This document shows, piece after piece, positions 40,642 through 51,833 of a DNA stretch of 64,000 bases. Below the pieces are notes generated by a model. It was not told where the DNA came from and searched no databases. It worked only from the letters and a program-made list of their open reading frames with translations. Numbering within the stretch: the first letter of the stretch is position 1; every line of letters begins with the position of its first letter. Source of the stretch: an uncultured Verrucomicrobiae bacterium (GTDB lineage Bacteria; Verrucomicrobiota; Verrucomicrobiia; Chthoniobacterales; JAFAMB01); assembly GCA_963813025.1 (NCBI GenBank), contig CAWEXO010000011.1:512001-576000 (forward strand), in the 5' to 3' direction. The position numbers were made by a program, and so were the translations under genes.

Positions 40642-42600
40642 TTAATTGGCAAAACGCTGTCGTAAATCGTTGTTTTGGTACGTCTTGATCAGGCGTTCCA
40701 ATTGCGCAATTCTCGATCGGAGGCTTCGGCCACGTTGACTGTCGGCTAACCTTTTAGCTCGGTTCCACTCGCGCACCACGGTAATGCTCGGAATGATATC
40801 TGCACCCTGGAGGATCGCGGCTTCTACTGACTCGAAATGATGGTGGGTCGCGAGAAACGTACGTTGCGGTTCAAGGACAAGCGTAAAACCCCTGTCTCCG
40901 TAGGCTTCCGAGAACGCGCCATCGATTGTTATTGCTTTTCCGCTTTGCTTCAGCGGCGATTCTCCCTTTTCCACTTCCACCGGCACGTGGCCATTGACGA
41001 TCAGACCTTGGCCCGGGTCAACGCCGAACTCAGTGAGGATCTTTTCACAAAACCACGGCTCATGAATCAGGCGAAAATACGGATTCTTCGTTTCGTGGTG
41101 AGCTCGTTTATCTACGATCAAGTCGCGTTCGAGGGCCGCGATGCGATCTTTACCAAAAAGCGGCGATTGCGGACCGCACCATAGGTACCAAAGGAGATCC
41201 AGATCGTGGGGCGATCGCTGGTCTATTAGCCGGTAGATCGCGCTTTCAATCGCTTTGAACATTGCGCTGCCGGACACAGGTTGGCCATCGACGTTCATCG
41301 ACAGAAACTCGCCGCGCTCGTCCACAGGAACGCACCCGTGAAAGATCAGGTGTTCCTCTCGCTGGAGATACATTGCTCCGTGGCTAATCATCCAGCGCAT
41401 CTGGCTCCAGAGTTTCTGGCTCGCCAGAAATGAGCTGCGGATGCGGTCCAGGCAGACTCGTTCATTCTCCGTAAGTCGGTACGCATCCCCTTGACCGATT
41501 GTGGGAAACTTCGTGTCCTCTAGAGAATAAGAGATGCCGTCGATGGAGATCGTTCCCGCCTTACGGTCCATCCGATGCAGCAGACGGCGGTGATCCATCT
41601 TCCATTCTGGGTGGCGCGCAATAAGCTGTCCTTCCAGCTTATACTGCATGATGGCCGCGGCTTTCTGCATGCGAGCCATCATGACTTTTTCGCGCATACC
41701 TGCCCCCCTTATCGCGAAACTTGATGCCGGATCATCGGCGTAATCTTGTCGTGCGAGTTGATCGAGTGCTGCCAGCGGAATTCCATATCCTTCTTCGAGT
41801 TGCAAAAGTCGGCGGTAACGAATCGAGAGCCGCAGTACCTGACAGATGAGCGCGTCTTGTCCAAGACAGGCCCCTAACCAGGCTACATCGTGATTGCCCC
41901 AGACAAAGGAAACGTTCGGCTGTTGCATGAGATAGTCCATTACGCGGTCGCCACGTGGTCCGCGGTCCCAGCAATCTCCGGCGATAACCAGTTCGTCGAT
42001 CGCGAGGTTACGGATGACGCGTCCAGTTAGATGGACCAAGTGCAGGAGCCGGCCCCGGCGAACCAGTTCTTCGACGATTGCGCCGAGATAATCCTTATCA
42101 CGCTCGGTGGACGGCGCATGCAGAATCTCCACCAATAGCTCCCGATATTCCGCGGGAAATACATTCATGGCGCGCTGAAGGCTCCGGCGCGTCGCCAACA
42201 CCCGCACGATGTCGAATAAGTCGTTCAACACCCTCATCGCGTACCCTTTCTGCTCCTGAGCAGTGCGCAATGTTTGCTCCAGACGATTCACCACCTCGGC
42301 TGGATAGAAGATTAGCGTCAGAAACTCCTGGAACTGCTCCGGCGACATGCGCTCCTTCATCAGTCGTTCTACTAGAGGGCGCAGCGTACCGGACGCGTTG
42401 TTGATCACGTGGCGAAGCTTCTTATCGTCTCCGTGGATATCGCTTATGACGTGAATCGTGCCTTTCGGAAGCGTGAGCTCGGCTGAAAGGCGCGCAATCT
42501 CCGCGATCGCGGAATCGATATTCGGAATCTCGCGAGCTAACGGCTCCAATCCCGCCAGTTCGTTATCCTCAAGCGGAGTGTGATCTCTCTTCAGCTCCAT
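40642..42600 (-). CDS. fbp: Fructose-1,6-bisphosphatase class III
   Basis: LPKGTIHVISDIHG, GDCWDRGPR, WGNHD, NGHVPV, IDGAFSEAY. Confidence 0.9.
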   Translation of the reverse strand: MELKRDHTPLEDNELAGLEPLAREIPNIDSAIAEIARLSAELTLPKGTIHVISDIHGDDKKLRHVINNASGTLRPLVERLMKERMSPEQFQEFLTLIFYPAEVVNRLEQTLRTAQEQKGYAMRVLNDLFDIVRVLATRRSLQRAMNVFPAEYRELLVEILHAPSTERDKDYLGAIVEELVRRGRLLHLVHLTGRVIRNLAIDELVIAGDCWDRGPRGDRVMDYLMQQPNVSFVWGNHDVAWLGACLGQDALICQVLRLSIRYRRLLQLEEGYGIPLAALDQLARQDYADDPASSFAIRGAGMREKVMMARMQKAAAIMQYKLEGQLIARHPEWKMDHRRLLHRMDRKAGTISIDGISYSLEDTKFPTIGQGDAYRLTENERVCLDRIRSSFLASQKLWSQMRWMISHGAMYLQREEHLIFHGCVPVDERGEFLSMNVDGQPVSGSAMFKAIESAIYRLIDQRSPHDLDLLWYLWCGPQSPLFGKDRIAALERDLIVDKRAHHETKNPYFRLIHEPWFCEKILTEFGVDPGQGLIVNGHVPVEVEKGESPLKQSGKAITIDGAFSEAYGDRGFTLVLEPQRTFLATHHHFESVEAAILQGADIIPSITVVREWNRAKRLADSQRGRSLRSRIAQLERLIKTYQNNDLRQRFAN

Positions 42601-43190
42601 AAAGCCACACTAAGCTGGACGGGCCCGAACCAGCGTCGTATTGCTGGAAACTCGCGACCCGACCTGACACAGAGTACATAATACAGCTTACTGGTCCATT
42701 TCCAGTCGGCGGACCTTCGTTCACGCCGCCCGAGAGCGGATCCAGGTCCAAAGGATCAGCCGGGCTGCCTGCGGAACTCACACGCAGTCTCCGGAATGAA
42801 ATTGCTGGCAGGCGGTTGCGCTGCACCCAGAGAAGGATGGATCTGTTGCCTTTTTGCCATGCCTGTCCAAAAGCAGGCATCCAATTCCCTGCTTGAGAGC
42901 ACGGACCTAGTGACTGACTGCTGTCTGCGCCGGAGAGAGCTGGTCAGCCACGGCCTCTAAACTACCGGGTTGCGACAGCACTCGAAGCCGCGAGCTGCGT
43001 GGAAGCAAGGTTTGCCGGAATGATGAAAATTTTCGCGAAGCTAATCACGCTCTGCACAAGGACTTGGCCCAATAACCGCTGATCAGGTACCCGATGCCAA
43101 TGCTTGTAGCGCAACTCATTTGTTTCCCGTTGGCCTCCGGATGGCGCACCACTTGGGGAGCTGTGGCCAATGCGCGGATCTAGCTCGCCG

Positions 43191-44966
43191 ATGCAAACGC
43201 AACGTAGTTCCTCCGACCAAGGTTTCGCCGCTGAGCAGAAAGAGTACCTGCAGGGTTTCTTTGCTGGGGTCGCCGCGACGCGATCCTTGCCCTTTGTCGC
43301 GCATACTGTGGACGGAAAGATTACCCACCTGCCCGCGGAAGGTTTTGCCAATGCGGCGGTCCCGCCCAAAGAAGAAGCGGTTTTTGGAACGCCGGTATCG
43401 GAACTTTGCGAGCAGGAAATCTGGAAACTGGAGCAGAATGGTTTGGATATCTGGGACCGACTGCTGGAACACGCCCAACAGGACAAATTTCCGGACAAAA
43501 CGGATAACTTTTTTTTCGTTACCACGGCCTATTCCATGTTGCGCCGGCACAAAACTCATTCATGCTCCGGTGCCGCATCGCGGCCGGCGAACTTACTGCC
43601 GCTCAGCTGCGCGGCTTGGCTGGCATCGCGGAAGATTGGGGCGGCGGTTATGCCGATCTGACTACCCGAGCCAATCTCCAGATCAGAGAAATTCAGCCGC
43701 GGAACATCATAACGGTTTTACTCCGTTTACAGGAGCTGGGACTTACCTCGCGGGGAGCTGGTGTTGATAATGTTCGCAATATCACCGCAAGTCCGACCGC
43801 GGGGATTGATCCGGCGGAGTTGATCGATTGCCGGCCGATGGCCAAAGGCCTGCATTACTATATTTTGAATAACCGCGATCTCTACGGTTTGCCGCGCAAA
43901 TTCAATGTCGCGTTCGACGGAGGCGGCGCGATCAGCGGTGCGGCCGACACGAATGATATTGGGTTTCGTCGCGGTGCGCGTCAAAGAAGGCCATTCCGTT
44001 CCCGCGGGAGTGTATTTCAGAGTCGAGCTGGCCGGTATCACCGGGCATCAACAGTTTGCTCGGGATGCCGGAATTGTTGTTCGCCCAAGCGAATGTGTCG
44101 CGGTCGGCGCGGCGATCATCAGAGTCTTTAACGAGCATGGCAACCGGACCAATCGCAAGAAAGCACGACTCAAATACCTGATCGATGATTGGGGGATCGA
44201 AAAATTCATGCATCATGTTGAGGAAAAGCTGGCTTTTCCGCTGACCTCTCTTCCGAAAAGCGAATGCATGTCGCGGCATCCGGTTGTTCTTCACGGCCAC
44301 ATCGGAGTCTACAAGCAGGCACAACCGGGAAAAAACTACATTGGCGTTGCGATCCCGGTTGGAAGAATGAAATGCCGCCAGATGTGCCGGCTAGCCGATC
44401 TGGCGGAAAATTACGGTTCGGGAGATCTTCGCCTGACGGTCTGGCAAAACCTTGTTTTGCCTGGTATTTCGGACGCGTTTCTTGAGACAGTTAAGCGCAA
44501 CCTTGTCCGTCTCGGTTTTCACTATCAGGCGGGCAGTCTGGCTGGCGGGCTGATCGCGTGTACCGGCAACACCGGTTGCAAATGGTCCTCGACCAACACT
44601 AAGGGACATGCGGTCGAGCTGGTGCGAACACTCGAGAGGAAACTCGCTCTGGATTTGCCGATCAACATCCATCTGACCGGATGTCCAAATTCCTGCGCCC
44701 AGCATTACATGGGGGATATCGGTCTGCTCGGCGTCAAGCTTGGTCCGAATGCCGTCGAAGGCTACCACGTTTTCGTCGGAGGCGGCTTCGGCGAAACCCA
44801 AGGCATCGGGCGGGAGATCTTTCACGGCATTCCTTTTGCCGACTTGCCTCCCTTGCTGGAAGGGGCGCTGCGCGTCTATCTCGCGCGACGGCGCCGTGGT
44901 GAAGCGTTCGTTGATTTCACTCGCCGGCACGAGCTGAAAGAACTGCAGGAAATGTTCTCCGAATGA
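43191..44966 (+). CDS. nirA: NirA-family siroheme nitrite/sulfite reductase (frameshifts near 43518 and 43962)
   Basis: [27 protein letters not shown] and TGCPNSC siroheme/Fe-S cysteines, spread over three ORFs. Confidence 0.88.
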
Positions 44967-46854
44967 ACACAGAAACGACAATCAGCAGCAAAGCGGCGAC
45001 TGTGCCGGTCATTCCGGAGAATGCTCCTTTCACTCCCGCACAGCGCGCTTGGTTGAACGGCTTTCTGGCCGGCATGTTTTCCGCGCGGATCGCCGCTCCT
45101 CCAGCAAAGAGACCGGCCCTCATCATCCATTTCGCCACAGAAACCGGCAACTCTGAAGGTCTGGCGAAGCGTCTCAGCAAAACGGCGAAGGCAATGAACT
45201 TCGAAGTAGCGGTCATGGGATTGGATCGGGTTTCTCCGGAAGATCTGGCTCAATCGGCAAGCGCACTGTTCATTGTGAGCACATTTGGAGACGGCGATCC
45301 GCCAGAGAACGCGCGAGCGTTTGCCGACGCGCTCGCGCAAGCGGACGCGCCGTCTCTGCAGAGTCTGCGGTATGCCGTCTGTGCGCTCGGGGACACGAAT
45401 TACCCCAGGTTCTGCCAATTCGGCAAACAGCTGGATGGTAGACTGGCTGAACTCGGCGCGGAACGTTTGTACGAAAGGGCGGATTGCGATGTCAATTACG
45501 AGGCGACTTTTGAGCGCTGGCAGGACGGCGTCCTTGGCGTACTCGTGGCGAATTCCGATTCGCCTGGAGCGAGTCAAGCCGAGAGAAGCAATCCGCTTTC
45601 GAGTGCTCCATTGCCACGCGACGTTTCTTCGAAGTCAGGCGGGAACGGGACCGGTCACGCCGTCCTCGTCCGCGCTGAGGAAGAAAACCAAAAAAAGAAT
45701 GGCGCGGAGCCAGGACCAACCCTGGCGGATCGAACTGCGGAACCGGCCTATTCCCGGAACGCGCCTTTCCTGGCACGTCTATTGGAAAACCGTCTCCTGA
45801 CGGCAAGCGGTTCGGGCAAGGAGACGCGGCATTTTGTATTGGATCTCACCGGCTCGGGGGCTGGTGTATGAACCAGGGGACGCGCTCGGAGTACTACCGA
45901 CCACTTGTCCCGAAGCGGTTGAAGAGATTTTGCGCGCCTTGAACTGTGACGGGGAAGAAGCGGTCCCGGCCGGCGAGGACCGCGAACTGCCTCTGCGCAA
46001 AGCGCTCGGCGACTACTACGATATTACCCGTATTTCCAGTGAACTGCTGGGCGTCATTGCCGAAAGGGCGGGTGATCCGGCGCTGAAAGAGATGCTGAGT
46101 GATCCGGCGGCTCGGCAGGCTTATCTCCTCGGGCGCGAGCCGATCGATCTGCTGGAGCAGTTTCCCGCGGCCCAGTTCGACGCATTAGAATTCGTGCAGT
46201 GTCTCAGAAAACTGCAACCGCGCCTGTACTCCATCGCTTCCAGCCTGAAGGCGCACCCGGAGCAAGTGCATCTGACAGTAAGCATCGTGCGGTATCACAG
46301 CCATAATCGTGCCCGCCGAGGGAGTATGCTCAGTTTTTCTGGCTGACCGGGTCCGGGGCGCAGTCCCGGTATTTGTGCAAATCTCGCGCAGCTTTCGTCT
46401 CCCCGTGAATCACGAGGTGCCAATCATCATGGTTGGGCCTAGTACCGGAGTTGCGCCTTTCCGTGCTTTTCTACAGGAGAGGAGCCACAACCCGGGGAAA
46501 AACTGGTTATTCTTCGGCGAACAGCACGCCGCGACGGATTTTTTCTACCGCGAAGAACTCGAGGCGATGGTAACCGACGGACATCTAACCAAACTCACCA
46601 CCGCCTTCTCGCGTGATCAAGCGGACAAAATCTATGTGCAGCACCGCATGATCGAGCATGCCAGGGAATTGTGGGATTGGTTGGAAAACGGGGCGCACTT
46701 CTACGTCTGCGGAGATGCCGCTCGCATGGCCAAAGACGTCGACGCGGCACTGCACAAGGTGATCGAGACTGCCAGCAACCTGAAACCGGCGGCTGCCGCG
46801 GACTATGTGCGGATGTTGAAAACCGAAAATCGTTATCAAAGGGACGTCTACTAA
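44963..46854 (+). CDS. Diflavin reductase, sulfite reductase flavoprotein alpha (CysJ-like); frameshifts near 45858 and 46320
   Basis: Flavodoxin (ATETGNSE, STFGDGDPP), PRLYSIASS, GVAPFRAF, YVCGDA..MAKDV, RYQRDVY. Confidence 0.88.
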
Positions 46855-46885
46855 GTTTTTCGGGAGACAGAACTCATGCCGGACT

Positions 46886-47707
46886 TTACGGACCGCCAAC
46901 TCGCGCGCTCACCACTGGAACCATCCATACAGCATAACCGTAAGAATCGCGGATATTGGCAATCATCTGATCGAAGTACTCCGCCGCTGACTCTTCTGTA
47001 ATCGGCGTAAGTTGGCCGATCGACTCAGCATACCCATCGCGCCAGGCCTCGATGATGGCAGCGAATGTTTCCCGCGGTACTCTCAGCGTGTCGACGATGA
47101 CGTATTCTACTTTGATCTCCTCAAGTTCCATAGCAGCAAGCATCCCAAAGATGTTGCGACCGATGAAGAGGTCACTCTGAGTCGCTGATCCGAAAGCCGC
47201 CGGCACGACATGCCAGAAATCGCGCGGATCGGGTGTTCCACGCTGGAAGTGGAGCATCCCGTAGTCTTCCGGAATCAAATGCAGATAGCCGCCACGACGG
47301 GTCACCCGCACAAGTTCGGCCATTGCTCGCTCGGGATGGGGTATGGAATGAATGACGTGCCGACATACGGCCAAGTCGAAACTTTGGTCAGCGGCTCTAA
47401 GTTCAAATATACTCTGATGCTCGAACGCCAACCGCGGCCCCAAGTCACTGTAACGCGACCTAGCCAGCTGAAGGTGAGCATCGATGATATTGACTCCGAG
47501 CACAGAGGATTTCGTAAAGAGTGTGGCCAGCCGCGAGGCTCCTTCCCCGGTGCCGCAGCCGGCGTCAAGTATTCGGGGCTCAGAAGGAAGGGTGTAGCGC
47601 CAAAACAACGCTGACTCCTGCGGCCAAATTGCCCGCGCTTGTGCCTCGAGATTTCGCACCATCGATTCATCGGCCATTTGCTTTGCCTGCGGATTGGGAT
47701 CGGTCAT
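46886..47707 (-). CDS. Class I SAM-dependent methyltransferase
   Basis: ILDAGCGTG, SFDLAVC, RRGG motifs. Confidence 0.88.
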   Translation of the reverse strand: MTDPNPQAKQMADESMVRNLEAQARAIWPQESALFWRYTLPSEPRILDAGCGTGEGASRLATLFTKSSVLGVNIIDAHLQLARSRYSDLGPRLAFEHQSIFELRAADQSFDLAVCRHVIHSIPHPERAMAELVRVTRRGGYLHLIPEDYGMLHFQRGTPDPRDFWHVVPAAFGSATQSDLFIGRNIFGMLAAMELEEIKVEYVIVDTLRVPRETFAAIIEAWRDGYAESIGQLTPITEESAAEYFDQMIANIRDSYGYAVWMVPVVSARVGGP

Positions 47708-47898
47708 TTCCGTACCTGGATTTTATTTTGGGAATGGTTTCCTTTTCGGTCGACCCACGTAGCACCGTTATTTCCATTGTTCTTCGGTTTTCGCGAACGC
47801 TATGGCGGAAAAGTCCGGAAGGGAAAACGAGAATGCGATCGGATCGAAGGGAATTGCACGCATCCCGGCCGTGTTGGCCAGGTATTTGTGATCACGAA

Positions 47899-48447
47899 CT
47901 AGCCAACGATAATCTCGTCCAGCCAGGAATCGTGCGGTTCCACTGGGAGGGAGTCCAGGAGCTGAAATTCAAAGCCGACGCCAACCTTGCGGGTTCGGCC
48001 AGCCAACTTCGAGAGCAAACGATCATAGAATCCATCGCCCCGCCCGAGACGAGACCGGTCTTTCCCAAAGGCAAGCCCAGGTACCAGGATCACGTCGGGC
48101 TGTTCACCCGTCGGCGAGGTAAGCGGCTCGCGAATGCCAAACCGGCCGAGACGCAGCTGGTCGAGAGAAGAAATCGGGCAGAAATACAACTCTTGCTCCT
48201 CCAACCGCGGATACAGGATTAACCGATGAGCGAACAAACCTTCCGACCAGAGAGGATCGAGATTGGGTTCTTGCCAAGTGCCGGCATACAGCGCGATGAC
48301 CTGAGGTTTTTGCAGCTGGCAAGCCAACTGGTGGCGGACCTCCGCCGAGCATCTCTCTCGTTGCGTTGGTGAGGTTGCCCGCAACAATTGCTTCATCTGA
48401 AAACGCAGTTGTTGCTTCTGGCGCTTGATTCCACTGTCATCTGTCAT
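47899..48447 (-). CDS. 5-formyltetrahydrofolate cyclo-ligase
   Basis: FGIREP, DVILVPGLAF, RLGRGDGFYDR, PHD. Confidence 0.92.
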   Translation of the reverse strand: MTDDSGIKRQKQQLRFQMKQLLRATSPTQRERCSAEVRHQLACQLQKPQVIALYAGTWQEPNLDPLWSEGLFAHRLILYPRLEEQELYFCPISSLDQLRLGRFGIREPLTSPTGEQPDVILVPGLAFGKDRSRLGRGDGFYDRLLSKLAGRTRKVGVGFEFQLLDSLPVEPHDSWLDEIIVG

Positions 48448-49379
48448 TGAAGTTCCAAGAAATCCCAGTCGTGTCGAGTAGTCCTAAACATCGCGGGCAC
48501 CGCGTCGGTCTTCGACCGGGTAAAGGTTGGTTACGCCGTAACTTTATCACGGAAGTGTATCTGCCGTCTCTTTTCACCCGCCGACAAGGACGCCGCTATC
48601 CTGGCGAACCGGTCTACCCGGTCCTTGGCGATGGTCGCGTAGGCGTGACCTGGATCGGACACGCCTCGTTCTTAATAACCTGGCGCGGGCTAAATATTCT
48701 CGTCGACCCGATCTGGTCACTCTGGCTGAAGGTCGTAAAGCGGATCAAGCATCCTGGCATTCGCCTGGACCATCTGCCGAAGATTGACCTGGTTCTGATC
48801 ACTCACGCGCATTTCGATCATCTAGACAGGCGCACTCTGCGGAGAATTGCGGCAGCGCAACCGATCATTGTGCCATCCGGAGTGGCTTCTCTGGTCCGTG
48901 GGTTGGGCTTTAATCGTGTCCACGAAATGAACGCCTGGGAAAACCTAAAAATCGGAGATGTCACCGTAACCTTGACCCCTTGCTATCATTGGGGCGCGCG
49001 CGTCTTGCACGATCGCTACCGCGGCTTTGGCGGCTACCACCTCAGGCTCGGGGATCGCACAATTTTCCATTGCGGCGATACCGCCTATTTCGAGGGGTTC
49101 AACGAGATCGCCGAACATTTATCGACCGAGATTGCCCTCTTGCCCATTGGTGCGTATGAGGGGCCCACCCGGCGGGAAGTCCATATGAATCCGGAGCAGG
49201 CAGTCCGAGCATTTCTAGACCTGAAAGCTCAGCGGCTCATCCCGATGCACTACGGTTCTTTTCGATTGGGCTATGAGCCGCTGGATGAACCGCTGGCCCG
49301 GCTGCAGGCCGCGGTTCAGCGACATGGGATCGAGTCGCGGGTGAGTATCTTGTCCGAAGGACATCCCGCGGTGTTTTAA
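48447..49379 (+). CDS. MBL-fold metallo-hydrolase (NAPE-PLD/UlaG-like)
   Basis: WIGHASF, THAHFDHLD, GDT, LPIGAY, HMNP, PMHYG; start codon uncertain. Confidence 0.88.
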   Translation: MKFQEIPVVSSSPKHRGHRVGLRPGKGWLRRNFITEVYLPSLFTRRQGRRYPGEPVYPVLGDGRVGVTWIGHASFLITWRGLNILVDPIWSLWLKVVKRIKHPGIRLDHLPKIDLVLITHAHFDHLDRRTLRRIAAAQPIIVPSGVASLVRGLGFNRVHEMNAWENLKIGDVTVTLTPCYHWGARVLHDRYRGFGGYHLRLGDRTIFHCGDTAYFEGFNEIAEHLSTEIALLPIGAYEGPTRREVHMNPEQAVRAFLDLKAQRLIPMHYGSFRLGYEPLDEPLARLQAAVQRHGIESRVSILSEGHPAVF

Positions 49380-49471
49380 TTTGGGCGGCGCTCCCATGGG
49401 GCAGTTGGGTCATATAGAACGTATGGGTCCTCTGGGTTGTAGCGGGCACCAGCCCACGACATGGCTGTCAT

Positions 49472-50665
49472 CTATTTTTTCTGGCGCGACTGCAGGCTGA
49501 GCCGAATCTCCTCCTGGAGTTTGCTCACCTCTTCTGGTTTGCGATTGCAAAGAACGGCCGCCACCAGGGTGTCTCCGCGACGGTACCGCACGATGAAGTT
49601 GGCTTTTTCCCTGGAACCGTCCAGATCTCCGAAGGGATGTGGGGTATTGAAGTCGCCCACAAATTCGAAGTGCATACCGAGCACCAGGCTCGAGCACCAG
49701 GGAACCACTTCGAATTTCTGGCGTTTGCGTCCAGTCATGTTTGCGCCGGCGGTCAGGCCCTGGAGTTTGGCCATTTCGTAATTAGTAATCCGTCGGGCGC
49801 CACCGAACAGCCGGTCGGGGTAGAACGCGATATCGCCCACCGCGTAAATTCCTTTCTCGTCGCTCTCCAGATATTCATTCACCGGGCAACCATTAACGCT
49901 GCTCAGCGGGGTATTGTTTACCAGTTGAAGATTAGGTTCGGTGCCGATGGCGACAATCGCTAACCCGGCCGGAAAGCGCAGGCCGCTCTTGGTCTGAACG
50001 TTGCGAACGGCAGTCTTGCCTTCAAAACCGTTCAGGTTCTCGTTTAAGAGCAGTTGAATACCAGCGCGACTGAACCGGTTTGTGAGCCACTCGGCGGTGA
50101 TCGGGTCAAGCATCTCCTGCCAAACAAACTTATCCCGGCTCAGTAACGTGAGCTTGTTTCCGGATTTCAAGAGTGAGGAAGTGATTTCCGCGCCGAGAAA
50201 TCCGGTGCCAACAATTACGACATGTTTCTCTGAACGGAGAATTTCTTTGATCGCCAGGGCGTCGCGAAAGGTTCGCAGATAAACAACGTTCCCGAGAGTC
50301 GCTCCCGCTACGGCCGGACGCCGGGGCCGACTGCCGGTGGCGAGGCAAGCTTTTCGGAACTCGATTGTCTGGCCGTTCTCGAGAACGGTGAGACGCCGTT
50401 CCAAATTGAGCTCGCGAACCAGTGTTCCGAGGCGCAGTTCCACTCGATGTTTTTCGTACCATTCCTCGGGTTTATCGGCCAGCTTGCTGATAGCGGGTGC
50501 ACCGTCCTTTAGCACCGCTTTGGAGAGAGGTGGCCGCTGATAGGGCAAGTAAGGCTCGTTGCTGACGAGGGTAACAGTTCCTTTCGGGTCAAATTGGCGC
50601 AATGCTTCACAAGTACTGGCGCCGGCGATGCCTCCGCCGATGATCAAGTAATCACGCAAGATCAT
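49472..50665 (-). CDS. FAD/NAD(P)-dependent oxidoreductase (ferredoxin reductase-like)
   Basis: GGGIAG, YQRPPLSK, ATGS, GTGFLGAE, IYAVGD. Confidence 0.88.
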   Translation of the reverse strand: MILRDYLIIGGGIAGASTCEALRQFDPKGTVTLVSNEPYLPYQRPPLSKAVLKDGAPAISKLADKPEEWYEKHRVELRLGTLVRELNLERRLTVLENGQTIEFRKACLATGSRPRRPAVAGATLGNVVYLRTFRDALAIKEILRSEKHVVIVGTGFLGAEITSSLLKSGNKLTLLSRDKFVWQEMLDPITAEWLTNRFSRAGIQLLLNENLNGFEGKTAVRNVQTKSGLRFPAGLAIVAIGTEPNLQLVNNTPLSSVNGCPVNEYLESDEKGIYAVGDIAFYPDRLFGGARRITNYEMAKLQGLTAGANMTGRKRQKFEVVPWCSSLVLGMHFEFVGDFNTPHPFGDLDGSREKANFIVRYRRGDTLVAAVLCNRKPEEVSKLQEEIRLSLQSRQKK

Positions 50666-50846
50666 GGAATAGAGACAACTATACTGAGGGTGCTTTGGAT
50701 TCTCGACGAAAATTTGTTACGGAGCGTTGGTAAGCTGCTGATCGATAAACACTAAACGCTGGCGAGCCGCGTCGCAGACCGAGAAGACTCGAGGGGGTGA
50801 GCATGGCGCTGGGCGCTGGTTCCCGTGGTCGAGCGGCCCGACTAAG

Positions 50847-51828
50847 TTAAAACGTCCAGGCGCGTGTTCGTGGAATCCAAGTCGCTTCGTGCTGTTGGAG
50901 TTCTCTCTGCGAGTTGTATTCAACCGCGGTCTGGTACGCTGGTTCCGCGACGATTAGCAAACTGTCAACAGACACCTCCCGGCGGATCTCGTGGCGTTTG
51001 ATTTGATCTAGTCTGCGGTTTTGGTGTTCCTGCCGGGCTGCCTTGATTCGTGCTCGAGTCTTGCGCGAGTTTCGTCGCGTTGGGTTCGACCCAGGCGTAT
51101 AGTCAATTCCGTGACGTAGTCGTTGAAAAAGCGATCGATTCGGCGCAGCTCGCGTTCGAGATATTCGGATTGGCGTTTCTGGATAGCCTGCAAAAGTGGC
51201 GCAGCTTCTCTTTTTAAATTCAGAAGCGTGCTCACGTAATCCTCGGGACGCAAAACGGGCCACTCGAAGGCGGCGGTATAATTCCACGGAGAAAGACCTT
51301 CCAGCTGATCTGGAAGGGCGGAGTCAGATTTTCCGTTCACCAAATCGATCGCCAATCGATGTTGCGTCCAGTGCTGGTCGACGGCCTGAATTTCGCAGCG
51401 GAGCGCGAAAAGGAGCGAAAAGTGCGGTTTCAAAAGAAATGGCCTAAGCATGTGCCATCGTTCCGCCCGCGCATTTTGCAGGTACCAACGCCTTTCGGCG
51501 ACGGCGAAATCCGGAATCTTTTAATCAAGAGGAGCTAGTGCCGCATGGGAAAGTACTCGGACCGGTTAGCAGGGTGTCGCAGATGGCAAAGGTCAGCGGG
51601 GAGCCAGGAAACACTTCGCTTGCCGGATCGACCATACCGGTCTCTTGATCCCGATCCGAAACGAAGGCTGACTTCTGGCGTTTGCCAGAACGCGGCCCCT
51701 TTTCCATCCGGCAGAACAAACATCCGATCGTGCCAAGTCCGTTCACACAGGCATCCGAGGAAGCTGAGACTGTCGTCATAAAAGTCGATCAATTTCGCGG
51801 GATCGTAGGGAAAACGCGAAACTCTCAT
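50847..51828 (-). pseudogene. SNF2-associated hypothetical protein (YqhG-like), split by frameshifts
   Basis: Three successive frames (51535-51828, 51008-51451, 50847-about 51050); coiled coil YLERELRRIDRFFNDY; directly downstream of the SNF2 gene. Confidence 0.55.
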
Positions 51829-51833
51829 AGGGC

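Noticed and set aside
42805..42820. Sigma54 promoter upstream of nirA (TGGCAGGCGGTTGC)
   Set aside because: GG-to-GC spacing is 9 nt rather than the required 10, and the site is far from the start codon.
47899..48500. 6S RNA upstream of 5-formyl-THF cyclo-ligase
   Set aside because: No intergenic space; the divergent MBL-fold ORF starts immediately.
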